63,853 bases of DNA from Limisphaerales bacterium (GTDB lineage Bacteria > Verrucomicrobiota > Verrucomicrobiia > Limisphaerales > JAHDYP01): NCBI GenBank assembly GCA_049451415.1, contig JBMTVN010000001.1, positions 1 through 63,853 on the forward strand. The letters are read 5' to 3'. The position numbers and the translations under genes were made by a program. This document shows positions 56,159-63,853 of the stretch, piece after piece (within the stretch, counting starts at the first letter, position 1; each line of letters begins with the position of its first letter). The notes under the pieces were generated by a model, which searched no databases, was not told the DNA's origin, and saw nothing but the letters and a program-made list of their open reading frames with translations.

Positions 56159-56542
56159 ATGCGCGCTGCAGTCCCCCAGCAAAAGCTAGCTTTCACGCTC
56201 GTCGAAATCATGATCGTGGTAGCGATCATTGGCCTCCTCGCCGCCATCGCGATTCCCAATTTCGTCAAGGTGCGAGAGCGGGCACAAACCAACGCGTGCA
56301 TCAACAACCTCCGTTTGATTGATGCATCGAAACAACAGTGGGCTCTGGAGATGCGCCAACCTGGCAGCGCCACACCCACGATCTCCGAGATTTCGGATTA
56401 CCTCATCCGGGCAAACAACTCCCGTCTGCCGTTTTGTCCTGCGAATCAAAGCACGAACTTCACGGCGAATTATAACATCAACCAAGTAACCAATCCCCCA
56501 ACCTGCGTGCAGGTGCCGGCGGATCACAGGCTGCAGTTCTAG
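56159..56542 (+). CDS. Second, paralogous type IV pilin / pseudopilin
   Basis: MRAAVPQQKLA|FTLVEIMIVVAIIGLLAAIAIPNFV. The 25 aa after the cleavage site are identical to pilin 1. Residue -1 is Ala rather than Gly. Confidence 0.8.
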   Translation: MRAAVPQQKLAFTLVEIMIVVAIIGLLAAIAIPNFVKVRERAQTNACINNLRLIDASKQQWALEMRQPGSATPTISEISDYLIRANNSRLPFCPANQSTNFTANYNINQVTNPPTCVQVPADHRLQF

Positions 56543-58850
56543 ACAGCAGTCGCGACGGGTTCTCGGTTTTCAGGTCCGGACCTTGTCCGGGCCTTTTGTT
56601 TAGAGCGCAGGCTGCAATCAACACCCCGGCCCAAGCCAACATCAGGCCCAAGTAGAAAGCCGGATCCCAATAAACCAGTTCCAGTTGATGCTCGCCGGAA
56701 GGAAGCGCCACTGCCTGCAGCGCTAGATCAGTCCTCAATAACGGAGCGACCTCACCATCAATCGTCGCAGACCAATGCGGGTGATGGGCCTGGGCAATGC
56801 GTAGTAATCCCGCTTGCTGCACATCCGCACGAATGGACACTCTTCCAGCCGACCACGCCGAAGACACCACTTTTGCCTCAGCAGGGTTTACAGCAAATGA
56901 CTGAGGATAAAATCGATTCGTGATGAGGCAGGCATGCAGCGGTGCCTGAAATCCTGGCTCGCGGAGAATGCGAAGGACGTCCTCCTGCGATCGAACAGGT
57001 CTTGCAGCGGGAAACGTGAGCAGCGGGGACACAGGACTTCGGCTCATCCATTCAAAGTCGGTTCCCGGCCGGGTCATTTGACTGACAGCCAGAAGGTCCA
57101 ATACTCCACCACCACCATCAGCTGACTGTTGTTGGGCTATCGCTCTCAGCGCCAGACTATCGGGCAGCTCGAGAGAGAAGAACCCGTGGACAATCGGGAT
57201 CCGCTCAATCAGGTTCACATTCCCGAGCAAGGCCAACCGCAGGATCAGGAAGTTGTTCTCCAGACCGGAGATATCGCTCTGCCAGACGCGATTCCCGGCC
57301 TTTACTTCCGTCATGGCCCTGGATGCGCCGAGCTGCGGAACCGGCTGCATATCGGGCAAGTCCGCGAAGAATGGAGCCAGAATCCGGTTTTCGGCACTCG
57401 GATTCTGGTTGGGTTGATGAGACCCGAGATCAAACGCGAGCACTCCCAACACAATCAGCGCACCAGCCCAGGAGGGAAACCTGCGATCCCGAACTGAGTC
57501 AGTTACCATCAGGCCGCCAGCAAACAGCACCAGCAGGAACGACCTTGTCCAACCACTTCGAAAACTCTGGTCCCAATCCTCCCCCACTCCTGGATTCACC
57601 CGCGCCAGAAATACCAACGCTGAGATCACCAGAAGAAAAGCCCCAACCAGGATCCCAATGCCACGCGCCCGCTTGCTCAACGTCACCCCGATCGTATGGA
57701 GCCCCCGCACTCCGTAGGCTGCAAGGAGGGGCAACGCAAAAGTCGTGAGGATAATATACTTGATGGGAAAACGGATGAATTGCAGCGGGGGCAGGGCCCG
57801 CTCCACCATGGGCAGCAAGCCCCCTCGCCCCCCCGTAGCCAACCAGAAGCCAAAGAAGGCCAGACTAAGCAGAACCAACACCCTGGATGATCGGACCCGC
57901 CACACCGCCAGAACAGACAGCAGAACGATTCCGATCCCCGGGTAGAAGGAGTTGGTCCAGAACTGGTCCCGATGAAAGGCAATCCCCAGCGGCGAAACCA
58001 GAGTGCGGTACAAAGGCACAAGGAAGTTGCCCCAGGCACCGGGCGCCATGGACCAGTCCGGACGATCAAATGCAGAGGCCCGATGAGAATGCTGGGTGAG
58101 CAACTCGAGAAAGGGCAACAGCTGCGCGGCCGAGAGCAGCGCCACGCACACTACAACGAGCAGGAGTCTCCCCAGCACCGGGACATCACGCACCCGTAGA
58201 CCGAATTGTCCCCCAAACACCCAAACCGCTGCGGCACTCACCCACGTGAGGAGGATCACCTCCGGGGCTCCAGTTAACATCTGCATCGCTCCCAGCACCA
58301 CTGCATGAACCAGCCATCTCCCTCCACGTTGGCACGCCACATCAACCCCAAGCACCAACCAGGGCATCCAGGCGAACGCCGCCATGTTGTTGGGCCACAT
58401 CATGGAATTGGTCAGTAAGCCACCCATGGCAAACCCCAGACCAGCGACACTGGCCCCCAACCGATCGCCCGCCCATTTCCATGCCAGCCAGTAGATCCCG
58501 AGCCCGGCCCAGGCAAGGTGGAGCACCATGAAGAGATTCACACCCCAGGGTAACGGCAAAAGCAGATAGATGAGCGATCCCGGGTAGAGCACCATGGTGT
58601 TCCACTGCGCCAGGAAGGGCATCCCACAACCATTGTAAGGGTTCCAAAGCGGAACCTCGCCCTGCCAGAAAGACACATGATGGTGGTAGGCGATAGGATA
58701 GCCGAAGATCCCAAAATCCCGATAAAAGAGGGTCCGGAATCCAAAGGCGATGTCCCCGTAAGTCAGCAGAATCACCACGCCGAGGAACAAGGCAAACCCC
58801 GGGAAAGTGAGCCCCCCGCCTTGTGTGAAAGTTCGAATACGGAATGACAT
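56478..58850 (-). CDS. YfhO-family (GT-C-like) polytopic membrane protein
   Basis: The N-terminal pattern is YfhO-like: FRTLFYRDFGIFGYPIAYHHHVSFWQGEVPLWNPYNGCGMPFLAQWNTMVLYPGSLIYLLL. It has many TM helices, a large C-terminal periplasmic domain and a final TM helix. The start is ATG 58850 or the track start 58889. The 3' end overlaps pilin 2 by 65 nt (convergent). Confidence 0.65.
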   Translation of the reverse strand: MSFRIRTFTQGGGLTFPGFALFLGVVILLTYGDIAFGFRTLFYRDFGIFGYPIAYHHHVSFWQGEVPLWNPYNGCGMPFLAQWNTMVLYPGSLIYLLLPLPWGVNLFMVLHLAWAGLGIYWLAWKWAGDRLGASVAGLGFAMGGLLTNSMMWPNNMAAFAWMPWLVLGVDVACQRGGRWLVHAVVLGAMQMLTGAPEVILLTWVSAAAVWVFGGQFGLRVRDVPVLGRLLLVVVCVALLSAAQLLPFLELLTQHSHRASAFDRPDWSMAPGAWGNFLVPLYRTLVSPLGIAFHRDQFWTNSFYPGIGIVLLSVLAVWRVRSSRVLVLLSLAFFGFWLATGGRGGLLPMVERALPPLQFIRFPIKYIILTTFALPLLAAYGVRGLHTIGVTLSKRARGIGILVGAFLLVISALVFLARVNPGVGEDWDQSFRSGWTRSFLLVLFAGGLMVTDSVRDRRFPSWAGALIVLGVLAFDLGSHQPNQNPSAENRILAPFFADLPDMQPVPQLGASRAMTEVKAGNRVWQSDISGLENNFLILRLALLGNVNLIERIPIVHGFFSLELPDSLALRAIAQQQSADGGGGVLDLLAVSQMTRPGTDFEWMSRSPVSPLLTFPAARPVRSQEDVLRILREPGFQAPLHACLITNRFYPQSFAVNPAEAKVVSSAWSAGRVSIRADVQQAGLLRIAQAHHPHWSATIDGEVAPLLRTDLALQAVALPSGEHQLELVYWDPAFYLGLMLAWAGVLIAACALNKRPGQGPDLKTENPSRLLSRTAACDPPAPARRLGDWLLG
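56572..56601 (+). terminator. Probable intrinsic terminator of the pilin transcript, inside the 3' coding tail of the convergent YfhO-like gene
   Basis: AGGTCCGGA (56572-56580) pairs with TCCGGGCCT (56586-56594) with one mismatch, across loop CCTTG. TTTGTTT follows. Confidence 0.55.
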
Positions 58851-59053
58851 GGCGAATCGGGTCGTCGCGCCAACACCATTCGCGGACACTTGGTCACAAA
58901 CGCAGGCGGAACGTCATAGCTTACCCTGTCAGGCGATCCCCGTATGAAAAGGACAATCTCCAGAGGGATCACTCGGCATTGACCGTCCCGGTTGCACCCC
59001 AAACCCTGCCAGTTGAGAGCCGCTGAACCTCCTCTAGCCCCGATATCCTGCTC

Positions 59054-59947
59054 CTACCTCAGCCGCGTTGCGTGCTCCTGCAGCCACTGTACGTCGCGGT
59101 TATCGGGAGACAACCGCACATCCGGGATCAGCCCATCCTTCTGCAACGGGGGCGTAGTCCGGTCATCCACCCACCCATGAATCTCAGCATGTCCGTCAGC
59201 AAAAGACAGTCCTCCCGCCCGGTTATGATAGCTGCCAGGCAGGTCATAGAACCCCCTCATGGCCGGTTCATTGGGCCAGCCCTGCATGTCAGTGGCGAAG
59301 TTGCCTATGTCGATGCTGTCTTGCCGCATGTCCAAAAACAGAAAGGTCATGGAGGGACCAGGATCCACCATGTCGCTCTCCTTCAGGTAAACCCTCCAGC
59401 GCGAACCTCCGGGCAAAGCCCAGTCCGAACTCCCGGAAAGCCCTCCATCCACCCCGCCAAAGCCACCAACCCAGACGTTCATAGACATACTACGCACACG
59501 CTTGACCCGCTGACCTGCATACGCCCCCCGGCTGGGCACCACCGTGGCCGAGTCCGAAGGGCACTTCCAGATGTCTGCATTCTCGCCGCAATAGGACCAA
59601 AGCCGGCTTCTCTTAATGTCCTTCTCCAAGTCCCAGTTGGAGTCGTTGTTGGGATTAAAATCCATCCCGCCCGTCACCCACGCAAACTCGTCCAACTGCG
59701 GGCCGGCAGGGTGGCCGCTGGCAAAAAGAATCCGACCGTCGTTGTCCGCATTGTAGCTGATCCAAGCCAGGGTCAGCTGCCTGAAGTTGTTCATGCACTG
59801 GATCCCCTGGGCTTTGGATTTGGCACTACTCAGGGCCGGCAGCAGCATCCCGGCGAGGATCGCAATGATGGCAATCACAACCAAAAGCTCAATCAGGGTA
59901 AAAGCGCCAGTTGAGTCACGGCCTCTGTTAGAGGCGTCCAAGCCCAT
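59054..59947 (-). CDS. H-X9-DG (DUF1559-type) prepilin-like protein, intact
   Basis: [45 protein letters not shown] and [21 protein letters not shown] (H-X9-DG). The start is ATG 59947 or the track start 59986. Confidence 0.85.
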   Translation of the reverse strand: MGLDASNRGRDSTGAFTLIELLVVIAIIAILAGMLLPALSSAKSKAQGIQCMNNFRQLTLAWISYNADNDGRILFASGHPAGPQLDEFAWVTGGMDFNPNNDSNWDLEKDIKRSRLWSYCGENADIWKCPSDSATVVPSRGAYAGQRVKRVRSMSMNVWVGGFGGVDGGLSGSSDWALPGGSRWRVYLKESDMVDPGPSMTFLFLDMRQDSIDIGNFATDMQGWPNEPAMRGFYDLPGSYHNRAGGLSFADGHAEIHGWVDDRTTPPLQKDGLIPDVRLSPDNRDVQWLQEHATRLR

Positions 59948-60214
59948 GGCACGACTGGTTTTGGATTCGCAAGGAACCGTGCGCATGTCTCAGTTTGCTG
60001 TCGTTTCGATGAATGTCAACGCGTGGACATACGTAGCCCGCAGGGCCTTTTAGGCCCGCATCGCGAAAGAAATAGGGAGACGGAAGCCCTCGTTAACCCT
60101 GAATTCGTCTTTGACACTCCGAATGCCGATTGGCAAGGTGCCCGCTCGATTGACAAGGGTTGCAGGCGGGATAAAAGGATTCCGCGGAACTGCCCTCGTA
60201 ACTGAAAATATCTT

Positions 60215-61486
60215 ATGTCTGAACTCGAAGGAAACCTGCTGGTAGCCCAATCGGGCGGGCCTACCTGCGCGATCAACGCCAGTGTCGCCGGAGTGGTGAC
60301 CGAAGCGGGCAAGCACGCCTGCATCACGGAAATCTACGGCGGTCTGAACGGTATCTATGGAATCCTCAACGAGAACCTGTGCGACCTGAATGAAGAGATG
60401 GCACGGGCCATCGAAGGCCTGAAGCACACCCCGGCCGCTGCGCTCGGGACGTGCCGCTACAAGATCGATTTCAAACGCAACCCGGAGGCCGCCGCCAAGG
60501 ATATGGACCGGCTCTTCGAAGTCTTCCAGGCGCACAATATCCGCTACTTCTTCTACGCCGGTGGCAACGATTCCCAAGATACCTCCCACAAGATTCACGA
60601 GGAAGCCGTGAAACGTGGCTGGAGCATGAAGGTGATCGGAGTCCCCAAAACCATCGACAACGATCTTCCCCACACCGACCACTGCCCCGGATACGGCTCA
60701 GTCATCAAATACTGCGCCGCGACCACTATGGAGATCGGCTTCGACGTGGGCAGCATGGCGACCGATGACGGCTCGTGCTGCATCGTCGAAGTCATGGGCC
60801 GCTCAGCCGGCTGGATCGCAGCAGGCACCGTCCTCGCCAAGCGCGACTCAGACAACCCGCCCCACATCATTCTCCTCCCGGAAATCCAATACGACCTGGA
60901 TGCCGTTCTCGCCAAGGTCAAGGAAACCGTGGAAAAGCACCGCTATTGCGTGATGGTCGTCGGCGAAGGGATTCGCAACGCCCAGGGAGAGGAGATTGGT
61001 GCGGACAAGACCAAGCTGGACGCCTTTGGCCACCCCCTCCTTTCGGGCGCTGCCGACCGGCTGGCCGAAATGATTCAGGGCAAACTCGGCACCAAGACCC
61101 GCACTGTGAAGCTCGGTTACGCCCAACGAGCGGCCGCACACTTCGCAAGCGCGACCGACATTAATGAATCCTTCGCTTGCGGTGAGGCCGCAGTCCGCGC
61201 CGCCACCAATGGCATGAGCGGACTGATGGTGAAGATCGTTCGCCGCTCCAGTCACCCCTACAAGTGGGAACTGGCGCTGCAGCCGCTCGAGGACATCGCC
61301 AATGTCGAACACTTCGTCCCCCGTGAATGGATCAGTGAGGACGGAATGCTCCCGAACGAAAAGTTCGTGGAATATGCGCGACCCCTGGTCGAAGGCGAAG
61401 TGCAGCCTCCCATGGACGGCGGCCTGCCGAAATACGTCACCCTCGAGAAGGTGCCGGTGGAAAAGAAACTGCCGCCCCGCGCCTAA
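60215..61486 (+). CDS. 6-phosphofructokinase, predicted pyrophosphate-dependent (PPi-PFK)
   Basis: The PFK fold is shown by LVAQSGGPTCAINA. The motifs YAGGNDSQ and GVPKTIDNDL carry Asp and Lys at the positions equivalent to E. coli PfkA Gly104 and Gly124. Confidence 0.8.
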   Translation: MSELEGNLLVAQSGGPTCAINASVAGVVTEAGKHACITEIYGGLNGIYGILNENLCDLNEEMARAIEGLKHTPAAALGTCRYKIDFKRNPEAAAKDMDRLFEVFQAHNIRYFFYAGGNDSQDTSHKIHEEAVKRGWSMKVIGVPKTIDNDLPHTDHCPGYGSVIKYCAATTMEIGFDVGSMATDDGSCCIVEVMGRSAGWIAAGTVLAKRDSDNPPHIILLPEIQYDLDAVLAKVKETVEKHRYCVMVVGEGIRNAQGEEIGADKTKLDAFGHPLLSGAADRLAEMIQGKLGTKTRTVKLGYAQRAAAHFASATDINESFACGEAAVRAATNGMSGLMVKIVRRSSHPYKWELALQPLEDIANVEHFVPREWISEDGMLPNEKFVEYARPLVEGEVQPPMDGGLPKYVTLEKVPVEKKLPPRA

Positions 61487-61506
61487 GCCTCTCTGAGATC
61501 TTCAAA

Positions 61507-61545
61507 CCGGCATGTCAGTTCGCTGACGTGCCGGTTTTGCTTTTT
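61507..61545 (+). terminator. Intrinsic terminator after the PFK gene
   Basis: A 12-bp stem: CCGGCATGTCAG (61507-61518) pairs with CTGACGTGCCGG (61523-61534) with one G-U pair, across loop TTCG. TTTTGCTTTTT follows. Confidence 0.8.
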
Positions 61546-61570
61546 GCCTTCCCGTCACCTCTCACTTCAA

Positions 61571-63586
61571 TCACTCAATCGGCTTCAGCCGCAGATAATC
61601 CAACCCGAACATATAGGCTTGGACCGCCTTGGGATTGGCTCCCACCACTGTGACTGAGAACTGATTTGTCCCTTTCTTCAGCTCAAACACTCCAAGGTCA
61701 ACCTCACCAGTAGGTTGAACGTCAGGATTGTAAAAGTCTCGCGGCCCACCCAAGGGGTTACCGTTCACCGCAAGTTGATGGATACCGTAGTCCTTGGCGG
61801 CAAGAAACTGGCCCAGGACACGAAAACGTCCTTGGGTCGGCGCCTCGAAAACCACAACCAGCCGGTCCCCCGGTTTCATCCCCGCATGCCACCACAGATG
61901 GCGGCCCGCACTTAAATCTCCCCAATCCTGCGGCTCGGCCAACCCAACTACCTCCGCCGTCTTCATGTCTTCCCCTTCGATAGCACCAGCAACCCGCGGC
62001 ACAACGTAATCCGGCATCGGCCTCACTACAGCACGGGAGGCCTTCACTGCAGGAAATGTATCAGTAGCCCCCGGTTTGGCGTACCAGTAGGCAACCACTG
62101 CCATGTTCACCAGACACTTCTCATTCCAATGCCAAAGCTCCATATCAAACCGGAAATCCTGTCGGAACGGAATCTGATCCAGGATATGGAACCGGTTGAC
62201 GCTGGTTCGCCCGTAATTCCCGGGGCCAGTGCAACGAGGCTGCGCATGATAGGCGTGGCTAAATAGCCCCGGCCAACACCAGGCATACCCGTAGTAATCC
62301 TCCGTACCCGTCCCGAAATGACTCGGGAACTCCTCCCCATCGACGTAGATCTTCTCATCCCCTTCCCCCCACCAGTCCCGCACCGGATTGTCGATGGCAA
62401 AGGCAGCACCAACAAAGACCCCCTGCCCAGTTGTGTGCAGATAGTTCCAGTCGATCATCGGCCGGCTGGGCACATCAAATTCAGCCCTCCATTTGGCGTG
62501 GAAGTGCATTGAACCGTCCGTCCAGGCATACGGCTTCGTGTAAATCTTTCCTCTCAGCTCAACGATCGATCCAGTGTAGTTCACCAGCTGAATGTCCGCC
62601 CGCCGACCGAACGGCATTCGCCAGCTGCAATACAGTTCACCTGAATCGGTCATTCCCACGGGCAGGGCCTCAAAGGGATTAATACCGGGAGCACTCCCAA
62701 AGAAATCGCCCAGCGGTGTTTCCACGGTCTTCTCGCCATCAAACGTGATGCGGAGCACCACACCTCGCAGCGCCGCTTCCAAATCCTCCGCAACTGGAGT
62801 CAGCACCGCTCCAGTAATCATCGAAGGCCCCCAGAGGGTCTCCTCCACAATGTCACCCGAACCCAGTTGAAAGCGAAACTCCGTGGATGAACCCACCGCT
62901 CCTAATCCGGTAGCCCGGGGCGATTGCAACTGTGCAACCAATTTCTTCAATCGATCCCCCTGCTCCAGCAAAGACTGACTCGAGAAACTCTCTACCTCTA
63001 CTCCCGCGAGATACCGGCGGTAGTTCACATGATAGTAGAAATCCCCCTCGTCACTGGTGATCTTGCAATGGTTGGCGTAGGGAATCGGCAAATACAGATT
63101 CCACCCCTTACTATACTCGCCGGCCACCGGACGGGGAAGCTCCGGCAATATCCCCCCGAGCAGATCCGTCATCGGAGCCACCAAAGCCGGCGTCTTCGCT
63201 CCGTCGATGTAGATTCTCAAATTACCTGCCGGATTGGCCGACCAAATACGCACCACGACACCCGGCCCATCAGCATCCAGCATAACGAACTCTTTCCTCC
63301 CCTCGTTCTCTTCCACCCGCAAGTAGTGGCCGCGATCGCCGTTGGCAAACCACTCCACCTCAGGTGACTTGGAGGACCGGTCATAGGAGGAAGACTGAAG
63401 ACAGTAAAAGGGCGGATCGGGAAATTCCGCCAGACCCTCCAAATCCACCATTTCCTGCAGCAGACCTTGCATGGTCACTTGCGCACTGCCTGCGGTGCAA
63501 ACCGAAGAGCCGGAGGTGATGGAAATCGCGACCAGAATCGTACCCCATGAGAACCGACAGCACTGCATACCACCCCGCCCAGACAT
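61571..63586 (-). CDS. Secreted DUF2961 / GH172-family glycoside hydrolase-like protein
   Basis: 671 aa with a signal peptide. The motif GTGTEDYYGYAW and the surrounding double beta-jelly-roll-like sequence are typical of DUF2961. Confidence 0.75.
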   Translation of the reverse strand: MSGRGGMQCCRFSWGTILVAISITSGSSVCTAGSAQVTMQGLLQEMVDLEGLAEFPDPPFYCLQSSSYDRSSKSPEVEWFANGDRGHYLRVEENEGRKEFVMLDADGPGVVVRIWSANPAGNLRIYIDGAKTPALVAPMTDLLGGILPELPRPVAGEYSKGWNLYLPIPYANHCKITSDEGDFYYHVNYRRYLAGVEVESFSSQSLLEQGDRLKKLVAQLQSPRATGLGAVGSSTEFRFQLGSGDIVEETLWGPSMITGAVLTPVAEDLEAALRGVVLRITFDGEKTVETPLGDFFGSAPGINPFEALPVGMTDSGELYCSWRMPFGRRADIQLVNYTGSIVELRGKIYTKPYAWTDGSMHFHAKWRAEFDVPSRPMIDWNYLHTTGQGVFVGAAFAIDNPVRDWWGEGDEKIYVDGEEFPSHFGTGTEDYYGYAWCWPGLFSHAYHAQPRCTGPGNYGRTSVNRFHILDQIPFRQDFRFDMELWHWNEKCLVNMAVVAYWYAKPGATDTFPAVKASRAVVRPMPDYVVPRVAGAIEGEDMKTAEVVGLAEPQDWGDLSAGRHLWWHAGMKPGDRLVVVFEAPTQGRFRVLGQFLAAKDYGIHQLAVNGNPLGGPRDFYNPDVQPTGEVDLGVFELKKGTNQFSVTVVGANPKAVQAYMFGLDYLRLKPIE

Positions 63587-63719
63587 TAGCCTGTTTGCCT
63601 TTTAAAACAATGCTTTCATTATCATTATACATCCTTTAGCTGCCTCACTGTCGCAGACACCCCCCACCAAGGCAACGCTCCAAATGAACTCAAAACAGAG
63701 GAAATCAACCCGGCGGACA

Positions 63720-63853
63720 TCAAGAACGGGAGCAAACGGTGAATAGCCTGTGAATAACTCCCACTTGATTCACAATCGGTTTCGGCTTACCTGATCCATT
63801 GGCTGGGTCATACGTAGTCACCAAGAACCGGCGTAATGAGATCACGTCGCCGG
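63720..63853 (-). CDS. Possible 3' end of an unidentified CDS entering from the right edge
   Basis: The minus-strand frame is open from the window edge to a TGA at 63720-63722: ...GDVISLRRFLVTTYDPANGSGKPKPIVNQVGVIHRLFTVCSRS*. It is too short to identify. Confidence 0.25.
   Translation of the reverse strand, partial: GDVISLRRFLVTTYDPANGSGKPKPIVNQVGVIHRLFTVCSRS

Noticed and set aside
55492-56379. 295-aa minus-strand ORF spanning both pilin genes
   Set aside because: It is antisense to two clear prepilin genes. Its hydrophobic stretches are mirror images of the pilin N-terminal helices.
60131-60146. TGGCAA-N5-CCGCT upstream of the PFK gene
   Set aside because: The spacing is right, but the -12 element deviates from TTGCW and a sigma54-dependent glycolytic gene is improbable. 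Sigma70-like TTGACA boxes are also present nearby.
63749-63774. Inverted repeat TGTGAAT-N12-ATTCACA (CRP-like half-sites), plus a GTGAATA direct repeat
   Set aside because: The spacer is far from the N6 of CRP/FNR sites. The repeat also lies inside an open minus-strand frame that probably is the 3' end of a gene entering from the right edge.
1-63853. Search for CRISPR arrays, IS elements, integrases, prophage or defence-island genes
   Set aside because: I found no spaced direct repeats of CRISPR size and no transposase-, integrase- or phage-like ORFs. tRNA-Thr is not flanked by an integrase or by repeat scars. By-eye scanning cannot exclude short dispersed repeats.

Overview
High-GC, densely coding bacterial chromosomal window: about 60 CDS, one tRNA, and no CRISPR, transposase, integrase or phage genes seen. 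All family names come from reading motifs by eye; no BLAST or HMM search was possible.

**Likely origin.** Probably Verrucomicrobiota (Pedosphaera/Limisphaera-like). Support: two H-X9-DG prepilin-like proteins, PulG-like pilins and an Amuc_1100-type pilus-like cluster.

**Layout**
- **1-10872:** minus-strand module of a secretin-like OM protein (cut by the window edge), a 275-aa single-pass protein, an Amuc_1100-like protein and a PilM-PilN fusion. A UDP-xylose synthase and a priming sugar transferase sit upstream in the same direction. A KS / Cys-less KS / ACP trio runs divergently.
- **10869-22756:** housekeeping genes: CPA2 antiporter, glutathione peroxidase, prolyl oligopeptidase, folC, pyrG, kdsB, gmhB, heptose kinase, thiG, a hydrolase and a CBM48-like protein.
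- **22770-29327:** MoxR-DUF58-transglutaminase, followed by a small lipoprotein and an internally duplicated ABC-2-like permease.
- **29439-39488:** ruvC, an unlisted 58-codon membrane ORF, ruvA, DUF374, a lytic transglycosylase, priA, an M1 aminopeptidase, a DUF1080 protein and an Smr protein with an unknown partner.
- **39589-46677:** membrane H+-PPase, then an AT-rich ~570-nt gap with an orphan intrinsic terminator. Next come an H-X9-DG gene broken by an in-frame TAA, a gamma-carbonic-anhydrase-like protein and a BadF-kinase/MurQ fusion.
- **46771-63853:** orphan sigma54 response regulator, canonical pilMNOPQ, tRNA-Thr and gmd/fcl. These are followed by two paralogous pilins behind a sigma54-type promoter, a YfhO-like GT-C membrane protein, an intact H-X9-DG protein, a PPi-type phosphofructokinase and a GH172/DUF2961 protein.

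**Best candidates for new biology**
- The Amuc_1100-type envelope machine, with shared M-x-RYG and Gly/Met low-complexity features.
- The KS / KS(Ser) / ACP trio.
- The gmd-fcl-pilin-pilin-YfhO locus and its sigma54/(C/G)TGTC control region.
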